A stretch of DNA of 10,575 nucleotides from Candidatus Hydrogenedentota bacterium. Its GTDB lineage: Bacteria; Hydrogenedentota; Hydrogenedentia; Hydrogenedentales; SLHB01. The position numbers and the translations under genes are program-made. The stretch lies in contig JAWXCN010000127.1 of assembly GCA_034408725.1 (NCBI GenBank), positions 1-10,575 on the forward strand. Direction: 5' to 3'. The notes below the pieces were generated by a model that ran no database searches, was not told the origin of the DNA, and saw only the letters and a list, made by a program, of their open reading frames with translations. Below are positions 1 through 7,886 of this stretch, one piece after another; positions within the stretch are counted from its first letter, which is position 1, and each line of letters begins with the position of its first letter.

Positions 1-126
1 CCCGATACCCGATACCCGATACCCGATACCCGATACCCGATACCCGATACCCGATACCCGATACCCGACACCCGACACCCGACACCCGATCCCCGACACC
101 CGACACCCGATACCCGATACCCGACC
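1..126. repeat. Heptamer tandem repeat (CCCGAYA)x18, truncated by window start
   Basis: Read directly: CCCGATA x9 (1-63), then CCCGACA/CCCGATC/CCCGATA/CCCGACC variants in 7-bp register to 126. Confidence 0.95.
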
Positions 127-130
127 CAAT

Positions 131-160
131 TTGACACCGCCACCTATCAATTGGCATGAT
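131..160 (+). promoter_or_regulatory. Putative sigma70 promoter for the rpmG-ABC operon
   Basis: Perfect -35 TTGACA (131-136), 18-bp spacer, TG at 152-153 and -10-like CATGAT (155-160), about 60 bp upstream of the L33 start. Confidence 0.5.
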
Positions 161-222
161 ACCGCGCTAATTTACGAATGATTCCGGGCGCAATGCGTCC
201 GGCAAGCAAGGGAGCACATATC

Positions 223-393
223 ATGGCGAAGTCCAAAGGCAACGTCGTGCAGGTCATCCTAGAGTGCACGGAAGCGCCGGGAACCTCGCGGTACCACACG
301 GTCAAAAACGTCCGCAACGTCACCGGACGCATCGAGCGCAAAAAGTACAACTCGACCCTGCGCAAACACACGCTGCACAAAGAAAAGAAGTAG
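223..393 (+). CDS. rpmG: 50S ribosomal protein L33, C- (non zinc-ribbon) type, 56 aa
   Basis: [56 protein letters not shown] matches the L33 pattern (LECTE...Y.T.KN..N...R.E.KKY....KHT.HKE). AAGGGAG RBS at 208-214 favours ATG 223 over 178. Only one Cys. Confidence 0.95.
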   Translation: MAKSKGNVVQVILECTEAPGTSRYHTVKNVRNVTGRIERKKYNSTLRKHTLHKEKK

Positions 394-419
394 GACCGAC
401 AACTCCGGGCGGCCGCGGC

Positions 420-1100
420 ATGGCGGTTCTCGAAGTCAACGACTTGAAAAAAGGGTTCGTATCGCCCGATGGCGAGCGGACCCTGATTGTCGATATCCCC
501 CGGTTCACGGTCGAGGTCGCGGAACAGACGGCACTTCAGGGCAGCAGTGGGTCCGGGAAGACCACTTTTCTAAACCTAATCGCCGGAATCCTCCAAGCGG
601 ACTCCGGCGCGATTATTTTGGACGGCCAGAATTTTACCGCGCTGTCCGAGGCCGGGCGCGACCGGCTGCGCGCGCAGTCCATCGGCTACGTGTTCCAGAC
701 CTTCAACCTGCTCCAGGGCTATACCGCGCTCGAAAACGTCCTGCTCGGCATGATGTTTGGCCGTGGCGCGGACGCGACCTACGCAAAGGCGTTGCTCGAA
801 AGGGTCGGTCTTGAGGACCGAATGAACTACCGGCCACGCCAACTCAGCGTCGGCCAACAGCAGAGGGTGGCGGTCGCGCGCGCGCTTGCCAACCACCCGA
901 AGATCGTGCTCGCGGACGAGCCGACGGGAAACCTCGACGTCCATCACGCGAACGAAGCGTTAAACCTGATCCGCGAAGTCTGCCGCGAACAGAACGCCGC
1001 GCTATTACTGGTCACGCATGATCGCGATATCCTGGGACAATTCGAAAAGGTGCAGAGCCTTGCGGATATCAATCGGGCGGTTGGATCGGCTGCGATATGA
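420..1100 (+). CDS. ABC transporter ATP-binding protein (LolD/MacB-NBD-like), 226 aa
   Basis: Walker A GSSGSGKTT, Q-loop VFQTFNL, signature LSVGQQQRV, Walker B/D-loop VLADEPTGNLD, H-loop VTHD. Start set at ATG 420 because the 264 start overlaps rpmG. Confidence 0.95.
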   Translation: MAVLEVNDLKKGFVSPDGERTLIVDIPRFTVEVAEQTALQGSSGSGKTTFLNLIAGILQADSGAIILDGQNFTALSEAGRDRLRAQSIGYVFQTFNLLQGYTALENVLLGMMFGRGADATYAKALLERVGLEDRMNYRPRQLSVGQQQRVAVARALANHPKIVLADEPTGNLDVHHANEALNLIREVCREQNAALLLVTHDRDILGQFEKVQSLADINRAVGSAAI

Positions 1101-1118
1101 AGATGAGGACGAGAGATC

Positions 1119-1196
<78 letters not shown>

Positions 1197-1212
1197 GAAA
1201 TACTACCCCTTC

Positions 1213-1240
1213 GTCATTTCGAGCGGGTAGCGAGAAATCT
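1213..1240. repeat. Short REP-like imperfect palindrome GTCATTTCGAGCGGGTAGCGAGAAATCT
   Basis: ATTTC...GAAAT stem. Resembles, from recollection, dispersed intergenic GTCATT..GAG...CGAGAAATCT elements. Single copy in this window. Confidence 0.4.
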
Positions 1241-1293
1241 GGGCGAACCAAGCGTTTCGTTATTCCTAACCAACTTCCCGACACCACCTCCCC

Positions 1294-1328
1294 AATCCAA
1301 AATCTAAAATCTAAAATCCAAAATTCCA
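1294..1328. repeat. Heptamer tandem repeat (AATCYAA) x4 plus one degenerate unit, STRR-like
   Basis: AATCCAA AATCTAA AATCTAA AATCCAA AATTCCA. Confidence 0.9.
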
Positions 1329-1350
1329 CCGCCCCTCCGGTGCCGACGCC

Positions 1351-2610
1351 ATGATAAAGGCAGTCCTTCTCATTGTCCGCCGGAGCCTCCGCCAACACGC
1401 GCTGTCGACCTGCGTCACATTGCTGGCAACGGCGCTGGCTAGCGGACTCGTCATGTCCGTATTCAGCATTCAACGCCAAACCAACGAAGCATTCACCGGC
1501 GGTGAGCTGGGATTCGACGCGGTGCTCGGCGCGCGCGGGAGCCAGCTCCAGCTTGTGCTGAACACTGTCTTCCACCTTGAAACTTCGCCCGGCAACATTC
1601 CGTGGAGCATGTACGAAGCGCTGAAAAATGACCGGCGCATCGCCATCGCAATTCCATATGCCACCGGCGACAACTACCACGGCTTCCGCGTTGTCGGAAC
1701 AACGGATGAAATTTTCACCGCGTTTGAGTACCGGGCGGGGCAAAAATTTGCAGTGGAATCCGGCGGACGCTTCTTCGATGCATCGCGGCGCGAAGCGGTG
1801 ATCGGTAGTTTCGCCGCTGCGCAAACCGGCCTGAAACCCGGCGACGTGGTCAACCCTTATCATGGCCTCACATTCAGCGAAACCAGTAAACACGCGGAGG
1901 AATACACCGTCGTCGGAATTCTGAAGCCCACCAACAGCCCGTCTGACCGCGTCATTTTCATTCCCATCGAGGGCATCTTCCGCATGGGCGGACACGTGTT
2001 GCGCGGAACGGGCGACGTATATCAACCGCAATCCGGCGTCGCGATTGAAAATGAACATAAAGAAGTCAGCGCGGTGATGTTGAAGTTCAAAAACCCTAAA
2101 ACCGGCTTCGATCTGGATATGACGATAAACAAACAGGGCAAGGCCGCAACGCTTGCATATCCGATTGGGCGCGTCATGGCGGAATTGTTCGATAAACTCG
2201 GCTGGATTAGCCGTGTGCTCGAGCTCGTAGCTTACCTCGTTGTTGCCGTTGCGTCCGCGGCAATTCTCGCGAGCATCTACAATACGATCAACGAACGCCG
2301 GCGCGAGTTCGCAATTCTGCGCGCGCTCGGCGCGCGCCGCGCCACCGTGTTTTCCGCCATCGTGCTCGAAGCCGCCGCGATTGCCGGCATCGGTTCGCTA
2401 ATCGGTTTCGTGGTCTACGCAGTCATACTCGGAGCGGCAATGGTCATCGTGCGCGCGCAAACCGGCGTCGTGCTGGATGTCTGGTCGCTTCACCCTGCGC
2501 TATACTGGACCCCGCTAGGCATGACGGCGGTAGGCGCGCTCGCGGGCGTGCTTCCCGCGTACAAAGCCTACGCCACCGATGTCGCAACGAACCTGACGCC
2601 TGCGTCGTAA
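1351..2610 (+). CDS. ABC transporter permease, MacB/FtsX (type VII) family, 419 aa; PA4065/ZrgC-like
   Basis: N-terminal TM (TCVTLLATALASGLVMSVFSI), large periplasmic region, three C-terminal TMs with FtsX motif NERRREFAILRALGA and LPAYKAY end. The GARGSQLQLVLNTVFH...GNIPW segment recalls the Zur-regulated PA4065/ZrgC subfamily (from memory, not searched). Confidence 0.9.
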   Translation: MIKAVLLIVRRSLRQHALSTCVTLLATALASGLVMSVFSIQRQTNEAFTGGELGFDAVLGARGSQLQLVLNTVFHLETSPGNIPWSMYEALKNDRRIAIAIPYATGDNYHGFRVVGTTDEIFTAFEYRAGQKFAVESGGRFFDASRREAVIGSFAAAQTGLKPGDVVNPYHGLTFSETSKHAEEYTVVGILKPTNSPSDRVIFIPIEGIFRMGGHVLRGTGDVYQPQSGVAIENEHKEVSAVMLKFKNPKTGFDLDMTINKQGKAATLAYPIGRVMAELFDKLGWISRVLELVAYLVVAVASAAILASIYNTINERRREFAILRALGARRATVFSAIVLEAAAIAGIGSLIGFVVYAVILGAAMVIVRAQTGVVLDVWSLHPALYWTPLGMTAVGALAGVLPAYKAYATDVATNLTPAS

Positions 2611-2625
2611 CTTGTGGAGATTTTC

Positions 2626-3150
2626 ATGCGTTTCATTCCAATAAGCGTCCTCGTGTTGGCTGTCACGGTCGCGTCCGGCTGTTCGCCTGCGCCTGCGCCC
2701 GTGCAGGATTCCACACCAACACCCGAAACTACTTCAATTGTCTCCGAGCCTGTAGCCACGAGTACCGATACGGAAAGTCCCGCGCACGCGCACACGGCGC
2801 CCCACGGTGGCACACTCGTCATGCTCGGCGATCACGTCGCGAACGTCGAGCTCGTGTTGAATCCGACCATCGGCGCATTGACCGCATTCATCCTCGATGG
2901 CGAGGCGGAGAATGCTGTCCCGTTGTCGGCGCCCGGACTGCCCGTTGTCATAACGTTGGAAGGCCAGGAACCGCAAACGCTGACGCTCGCTCCAGCCGAA
3001 AACGTGTTGACGGGTGAAACGAAGGAATCGACTTCGCAGTTCACCGCGCAATTCGACGCGCTGAAAGGGGCTACCGCGTTCAAAGGTTCAATTCCGGAAC
3101 TTACGATCTACGGCGTGACGATGAAAAACATCGCGTTCGAGTTTCCGTAA
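2626..3150 (+). CDS. Putative lipoprotein with His cluster (possible metal-binding), 174 aa
   Basis: GGAGA RBS (2616-2620) before ATG 2626. Signal peptide with lipobox VASG-C, Pro/Thr/Ser/Glu linker, then HAHTAPHGG...GDH preceding a likely beta-rich domain. Confidence 0.75.
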   Translation: MRFIPISVLVLAVTVASGCSPAPAPVQDSTPTPETTSIVSEPVATSTDTESPAHAHTAPHGGTLVMLGDHVANVELVLNPTIGALTAFILDGEAENAVPLSAPGLPVVITLEGQEPQTLTLAPAENVLTGETKESTSQFTAQFDALKGATAFKGSIPELTIYGVTMKNIAFEFP

Positions 3151-3157
3151 ACCCCGA

Positions 3158-3191
3158 GTTGTGACCGGTCCCCCGCGTTGCGTTGTGGCCG
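3158..3191 (-). repeat. Degenerate REP-like repeats left of the RAYT, inverted relative to the right-hand cluster
   Basis: Reverse complement of 3158-3174 is GGGGGACCGGTCACAAC (15/17 to GGGAGACCGGCCACAAC at 3826-3842). Reverse complement of 3182-3191 is CGGCCACAAC (10/10). Confidence 0.7.
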
Positions 3192-3244
3192 CCCGCCCCC
3201 CAACTTTACATTCCCTTTCTTCTCCGACTACCTTGTCCTTCATT

Positions 3245-3790
3245 GTGGAAACGTATCGAATACGCGAAGGCGCATCCGCCTATTTCGTCACATTTTCAGT
3301 AGTGGATTGGTTGCCGGTTTTTGTTTCCGAGTCTGCATGCAAAATCATTACGCAAAGCTTTGCATACTGCTACGAAAATTTCGGGTTGCGACTGTAGGCT
3401 TATGTGATCATGCCGACGCATCTTCACGCCATTTGTTTTGACCACGAGTACGATCCGGTACGCCTATCGAACGCATTAACTGCCTTCCGTAAATTTACTG
3501 GCAGGTCGCTGTTGGATTATGCCCAAAAACATCTGCCAGCCAGTTTTACGCAAGCGTTTCGAGACGCCGCGGAATCCGACCGATCTCGAAGATTTTGGCA
3601 ACCGGGCAAACACCCGGTATCGATCACCTCCGATAAATTCTCGGACCAGAAATGAGACTACTTGCACGACAATCCGCGGCGAAAAGGACTTGTGCTATAC
3701 CCGGAGCATTGGCGGTTTTCCTCTGCCCGGTTTCGTCTCGACGGTAAAGACGAATACGGGGATGTCGTGATTACGGATATTGGCCGGTGA
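3245..3790 (+). pseudogene. REP-associated tyrosine transposase (RAYT/TnpA-REP, IS200/Y1 HUH superfamily) with two in-frame nonsense codons
   Basis: One frame from GTG 3245: YFVTFSVVDWLPVF...LRL*AYVIMPTHLH (HUH)...FRKFT...FWQPGKHP...QK*DYLHDNP (catalytic Tyr)...GLV...HWRFSSA...GR*. Internal stops TAG 3395-3397 and TGA 3653-3655. Confidence 0.88.
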
Positions 3791-3794
3791 GTAA

Positions 3795-3912
3795 GGAGAC
3801 CTACGGTCGGCGCGGTGGCGCGGTCGGGAGACCGGCCACAACACAAAGGGAGACCGGCCACAACACAAAAAATAGACTCCGGCCACAACACAAAGAGAGA
3901 CAGGCCCACAAC
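3795..3912 (+). repeat. REP-like hairpin plus tandem 22-bp derivatives
   Basis: Hairpin GTGGC-G-CGGTC-GGGA-GACCG-GCCAC (3815-3839). GGGAGACCGGCCACAACACAAA exactly twice (3826-3847, 3848-3869), degenerate copies at 3879-3894 and 3895-3912. Confidence 0.85.
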
Positions 3913-3914
3913 GG

Positions 3915-4505
3915 TTAATTTTTTCCATACGGCGGCTCGGGGAAATATTCCATGTATTGCTGCACGCGCCTCGCAAATTCTTCATCGTGCAGTTGCCCGA
4001 TCAGCCATAGCGCCATGTCGATGCCCGCCGACACCCCCGCCGCGGTCACCAAATTTCCGTCCTGCACATACCGCTTATCATCAATGACGGTGACATCGCC
4101 CCGCGCGCGAAGCTGGTCTACAAAGCCCCAATACGTCGTCACGCGTTTGCCTTTCGCGAATCCCGCTTCGTGCAACAACAGCGCGCCTGTACACACACTG
4201 GTGACCCATGCGCAGTCCGCGCCGACTCGCTTTAGCCAATCGATCATCACGGCATTCTTCACCTCGGCGCGTGTGCCCTGTCCTCCCGGCACCAGAACGA
4301 TGTCGATCTTTGGCGCGTTTGCGAACGTATAGTCAGGCAACACTCGCAGCCCTTTCGCGCACCGCACCGGCCCGTCGTGCTCCGCGATTGTGATTACCTT
4401 GTCTTCGTGGTTCATTTGGCTCGCCGCGCCGAACACTTCCCAGGGACCGGCCCAATCCAACTCTTCCGCATTGTCGAACAACACGATTCCGATTGTGAAT
4501 GCCAT
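3915..4505 (-). CDS. DJ-1/PfpI (ThiJ) family protein, isonitrile hydratase-like branch, 196 aa
   Basis: Conserved EELDWAGPWEVF Glu motif, VLVPGG, nucleophile elbow SVCTGA, DGNLVTAAGVSAGIDMAL and MEY.PEPPY C-terminus. GAAGGAG RBS on the minus strand upstream. Confidence 0.92.
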   Translation of the reverse strand: MAFTIGIVLFDNAEELDWAGPWEVFGAASQMNHEDKVITIAEHDGPVRCAKGLRVLPDYTFANAPKIDIVLVPGGQGTRAEVKNAVMIDWLKRVGADCAWVTSVCTGALLLHEAGFAKGKRVTTYWGFVDQLRARGDVTVIDDKRYVQDGNLVTAAGVSAGIDMALWLIGQLHDEEFARRVQQYMEYFPEPPYGKN

Positions 4506-4543
4506 GAAGGTCTCCTTCTGTTGTGTTCCGGCGCCGCGCCAAT

Positions 4544-4572
4544 TTTACGGACGTGGCGCGCCGGTGCATAAT
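4544..4572 (+). promoter_or_regulatory. Putative sigma70 promoter for the DUF5107/TPR gene, in the divergent 94-bp gap
   Basis: TTTACG (4544-4549), 17-bp spacer, CATAAT (4567-4572); AAGGAG RBS at 4588-4593. Confidence 0.4.
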
Positions 4573-4599
4573 GCAGCACCCCTGATCAAGGAGTGCGCC

Positions 4600-7500
4600 A
4601 TGCGACTTGCACTATTTGCAGCCTTGCTGCTTTCGGCCCATGCCGCGTCCGGCCAGCCCGTGTCCTTGGACCGGGGCAAACTTACGTTGCCCACCTACAT
4701 CATTCACGGGTCCGAGCCCAATCCCAAATTCTATGCATACGAAGGGTCGATCATCTATCCCTACGCGATGCAGGATGACCTCGGCGAGGAGCGCGTTGAC
4801 CGGGACTACCAAACAGTCACCATCGAGAACGAATACCTCAAGGTTATCTGCCTCCCCCACATCGGCGGGCGCATCCATTCCGTGCTCGATAAAACAACCG
4901 GCGAAGAAATGTTCCACCGTAACGACGTGATCAAACCGGGCCTCATCGCCATGCGCGGCGCCTGGATTTCCGGCGGCATCGAGTGGAACCGCGGCCCCCA
5001 GGGCCATACCGTGACCAGCTTCGCTCCGGTCAACGTCACATCGCAAAAGCATGCGGACGGGTCCGCGTCCCTCGTGATCGGGTATACCGAAAAAAACTTC
5101 CGCACCCGGTGGAACGTGCGGCTTACGCTACATCCGGGGAAGGCTTATCTGCATGAAACCATCCGCCTGGACAATCCGAACGACGGCGTGTACAGCTACT
5201 ACTTTTGGAACAATACGGCGTTTCCCTGCAAACCAGGCACTCGTTTCATTTACCCGATGACATTGGGACAGGACCACAATGGGGCGGCATTTTTCTCCTG
5301 GCCCATACACGACGGAAAGGACTTGACCTGGCTGAAGAATTACGACGAACCAACTTCCGTGTTCGCGTATCAGTGCGCGTTCGACTTTTTCGGCGCGTAT
5401 GACACTGGCGACGACCGCGGCATCGTCCAGTTTGGAGATCACCGCGTCCTTACCGGCAAAAAAGCGTGGACCTGGGGCCAGTCCGGCGACGGCATCGCGA
5501 GCCAGCGGTCTTTACACGACGATGACAGCCAGTATATCGAGGTGCAAAGCGGACCGCTTCAAACGCAGGCGGACTTCGGCCTGCTCGGCCCGCACCAGCG
5601 CATCGCATGGCAGGAATGGTGGTATCCCGTACACGGGCTGGGCGACGGCTTCGAATACGCGACGCAAGACGTGGCCATTAATACGCGGCGCACGGCGAAC
5701 AGCCTTGAGATGCGCGCCATCAGTACGGGCGAATTCCCCGGCGCCGTGATCAGTATTCGCGTGCTGACCGCAAAAGCAGGTCCCGGCACCATCGAGACCA
5801 TCGATCTCTCACCCATGTCGGCGGTGACAGTCGTGGCGCCAGTCGCGGATGGCGAGAAAGCGGAGATCGAAGTGCGGTCGGCGGATGGCGCCTTGCTCGC
5901 GGCGTATGTGTCGCCGCTCGACATTCCCGTGCGCGCCCCCCCCGCGCCGCTCCAGCCCCCTTCAGCGGACCCTACCGCGGAAGAACTCTATCTGCAAGGA
6001 GTCGCGCACGAGGAACGCATCGAGCCGGATGGCGCGCGCGCCGCGTATGAAGCATGCATCGCGCGCGACGCAGGTTATGCGCGCGCACACACAGCGCTTG
6101 CGCGGCTCGGTCTCGAACGTGCGGAGTACGCGTCCGCGGCAGCGCATGCGCGCGCGGCAGCCACGCGAGACGCCGGCCTTGGCTTGGCGTGGTACTACCT
6201 CAGTCTCGCGCTGATGGAACTGCCTGAAAACGAGCGCGACGGCGACCCGATGGACGCAGCCTATCGCGCGGTCAATACCATAGAATGCGCGGCGCTCGGC
6301 CATGACCTTGCCGGGCGCATCCACATGCGCGCGGGCGAGTACGCCAGTGCGATTCGAGAGTTCGCCGGAGCCGTTTTTCTCGATCCCGGTGATATTCGGG
6401 CGCGTGAACACCTCATGACGGCGCAGTACGCCAGCGGCGATCTGCCGACCGCGCAAGCCGCGGCGAGGGCGATGCTCGAATCAGACCCGTTGAATACGGT
6501 CGCGCGCGCCATACTCGGTCTTGACCGGCCCGGTGACCTTTACGATTTCGGAAAGTTCATGCGCGAAAACTCCGGCGAAATTGACCTCGCGTTCTATTTC
6601 GCGGACCTGGGATTGTACGCGGACGCTTTGCGCCTGCTCGATGAGGTTTACAGCGAGCATGTGCCGAATACCATCGGCGTTTTGTACCACGGTGATTTTG
6701 CCGACGTGCGCATGCGGCCTTTGCAGCGGTATCTCCTGGGTTGGCTCGCGCATAAGGCCGGCGATGACCAAAAATCGGAATCGTATCTCGCAATGGGCAA
6801 GGTGCTCGATCCTGAATACGCATTTCCCGCGAATACCGGCTATGTAAAGGTGCTTGATTATGCCGTCGGCTCGGACCCCTCGGACGCGAACGCGCTGCTC
6901 TTCCGCGGCAATCTACGCGCATGGTTGTCCGACCTGCCGGGGGCGGTTGCGGATTGGGAAGCGTCTTCCGCTCAGCCAAATGCTTCGAGCATTGCGTTCC
7001 ACAACCTCGCGATGCATGCGTGGAAAAAAGACGGCGATCTCGACGAGGCTTACGAGTTGTTTCAGCGCGCGATAGCGTTGCGCCCGCACGATCAAACGCT
7101 CTATTACGACTCCGCGACCGTGCTGATCGCCGCGCGGAAGCGCGCTGATGCGATTACACTGATTAACGGCATGCCGCTCGACCATCCGCGCCGCAACGAT
7201 CTCACGGTGCTCCTGGCGCAAGCGTACAACGACGAGAAACGGTACGGCGATGCCATCTCGCTGCTGACCGAAACGGAATTTTCGAATTGGGAGATGAACA
7301 CCGCGACGTGGAACGCTTTTCACCACGCGCACGTTGAACGCGGCAAACTCCGATTCGATGCGAAGGATTATGAAAACGCATTGAAAGATTTCGCGATGGC
7401 GCTCACGTACCCCGAACATCTCGGCGTTGGCCGCTCCGCACGCCCACAGGAAAGCGAAGCCCGTTTTTGGGAAGGCAAAGCGCTCGCGGCACTGGGCCGA

Positions 7501-7605
7501 ACCGATGAAGCGCGCGCGGCATGGACCGAAGGCGCAACCGGCGCCGAAATATCAGATCGCCAAAAAGAGTACATCGCTTTGTGTAAGCGAGCCCTCGGCG
7601 CGTAG
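4600..7605 (+). CDS. Secreted DUF5107-like domain plus tetratricopeptide-repeat protein, 1001 aa
   Basis: RBS AAGGAG then ATG 4600. Sec signal MRLALFAALLLSAHAASG. N-terminal motifs IYPY, ENEYLKVICLPHIGGRI, NDVIKPGLIAMRGAWISGGIEWN, GKKAWTWG and YIEVQSG are typical of DUF5107 proteins. The C-terminal half is Ala-rich TPR-like helical repeats. Confidence 0.82.
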   Translation: MRLALFAALLLSAHAASGQPVSLDRGKLTLPTYIIHGSEPNPKFYAYEGSIIYPYAMQDDLGEERVDRDYQTVTIENEYLKVICLPHIGGRIHSVLDKTTGEEMFHRNDVIKPGLIAMRGAWISGGIEWNRGPQGHTVTSFAPVNVTSQKHADGSASLVIGYTEKNFRTRWNVRLTLHPGKAYLHETIRLDNPNDGVYSYYFWNNTAFPCKPGTRFIYPMTLGQDHNGAAFFSWPIHDGKDLTWLKNYDEPTSVFAYQCAFDFFGAYDTGDDRGIVQFGDHRVLTGKKAWTWGQSGDGIASQRSLHDDDSQYIEVQSGPLQTQADFGLLGPHQRIAWQEWWYPVHGLGDGFEYATQDVAINTRRTANSLEMRAISTGEFPGAVISIRVLTAKAGPGTIETIDLSPMSAVTVVAPVADGEKAEIEVRSADGALLAAYVSPLDIPVRAPPAPLQPPSADPTAEELYLQGVAHEERIEPDGARAAYEACIARDAGYARAHTALARLGLERAEYASAAAHARAAATRDAGLGLAWYYLSLALMELPENERDGDPMDAAYRAVNTIECAALGHDLAGRIHMRAGEYASAIREFAGAVFLDPGDIRAREHLMTAQYASGDLPTAQAAARAMLESDPLNTVARAILGLDRPGDLYDFGKFMRENSGEIDLAFYFADLGLYADALRLLDEVYSEHVPNTIGVLYHGDFADVRMRPLQRYLLGWLAHKAGDDQKSESYLAMGKVLDPEYAFPANTGYVKVLDYAVGSDPSDANALLFRGNLRAWLSDLPGAVADWEASSAQPNASSIAFHNLAMHAWKKDGDLDEAYELFQRAIALRPHDQTLYYDSATVLIAARKRADAITLINGMPLDHPRRNDLTVLLAQAYNDEKRYGDAISLLTETEFSNWEMNTATWNAFHHAHVERGKLRFDAKDYENALKDFAMALTYPEHLGVGRSARPQESEARFWEGKALAALGRTDEARAAWTEGATGAEISDRQKEYIALCKRALGA

Positions 7606-7620
7606 CCCCGTATGAACGCT

Positions 7621-7705
7621 GCGATGTATTGAGGCATTCGGTTGTCCGACGTGAAAGCGGCGCTGACACGCCTTGGAGTGCGGCAGCGGGTAGCTGCCGC
7701 TTTCC
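7621..7705. repeat. Truncated copy of the ~107-bp dispersed element (7621-7672) abutting an oppositely oriented REP-like hairpin (7670-7705)
   Basis: TATTGAGGCATTCGGTTGTCCGACGTGAAAGCGGCGCTGACACGCC matches the reverse complement of 9430-9475 with 2 mismatches. It is followed by TTGGAGT-GCGGCAGC-GGGTA-GCTGCCGC-TTTC (8-bp stem). Confidence 0.85.
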
Positions 7706-7779
7706 ATTTCCTGGGCACGGTCGCTTCGCAAGTAAACACGATTGGCCTGGATTCGATTCACGTGAGCCTGAAGCCTTCA

Positions 7780-7886
7780 AATTTATTGGAGCATTTCGAG
7801 TATGCCGAAGTGAAAGCGGCGCTGACACGCCGCAGTCCAAGGCGCTACGCGCGGCCAACAGACGTCTAAGTTCCGCGCGGAGCGCT
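7780..7886 (+). repeat. Left copy of ~107-bp inverted repeat with REP-like hairpin GCGGCG-CTGACA-CGCCGC
   Basis: 7805-7846 is the exact 42-bp reverse complement of 9415-9456. Similarity extends on both sides (AATTTATTG... and ...GACGTCTA...CGCGGAGCGCT). Confidence 0.9.

Noticed and set aside
178..419. Upstream starts at 178 (L33) and 264 (ATPase)
   Set aside because: The RBS and family N-terminus support ATG 223; the 264 start overlaps rpmG out of frame.
3815..3912. CRISPR-like array
   Set aside because: Repeats are directly adjacent with no unique spacers, and there are no cas genes in the window.
4528..4564. GC-rich imperfect inverted repeat (CCGGCGC...GCGCCGG) in the divergent gap
   Set aside because: Short GC-only arms are expected by chance at this composition, and there is no U-tract.
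4390..4599. N-terminal extension of the 1071-aa ORF
   Set aside because: It overlaps the divergent DJ-1 gene; the RBS and signal peptide place the start at 4600.
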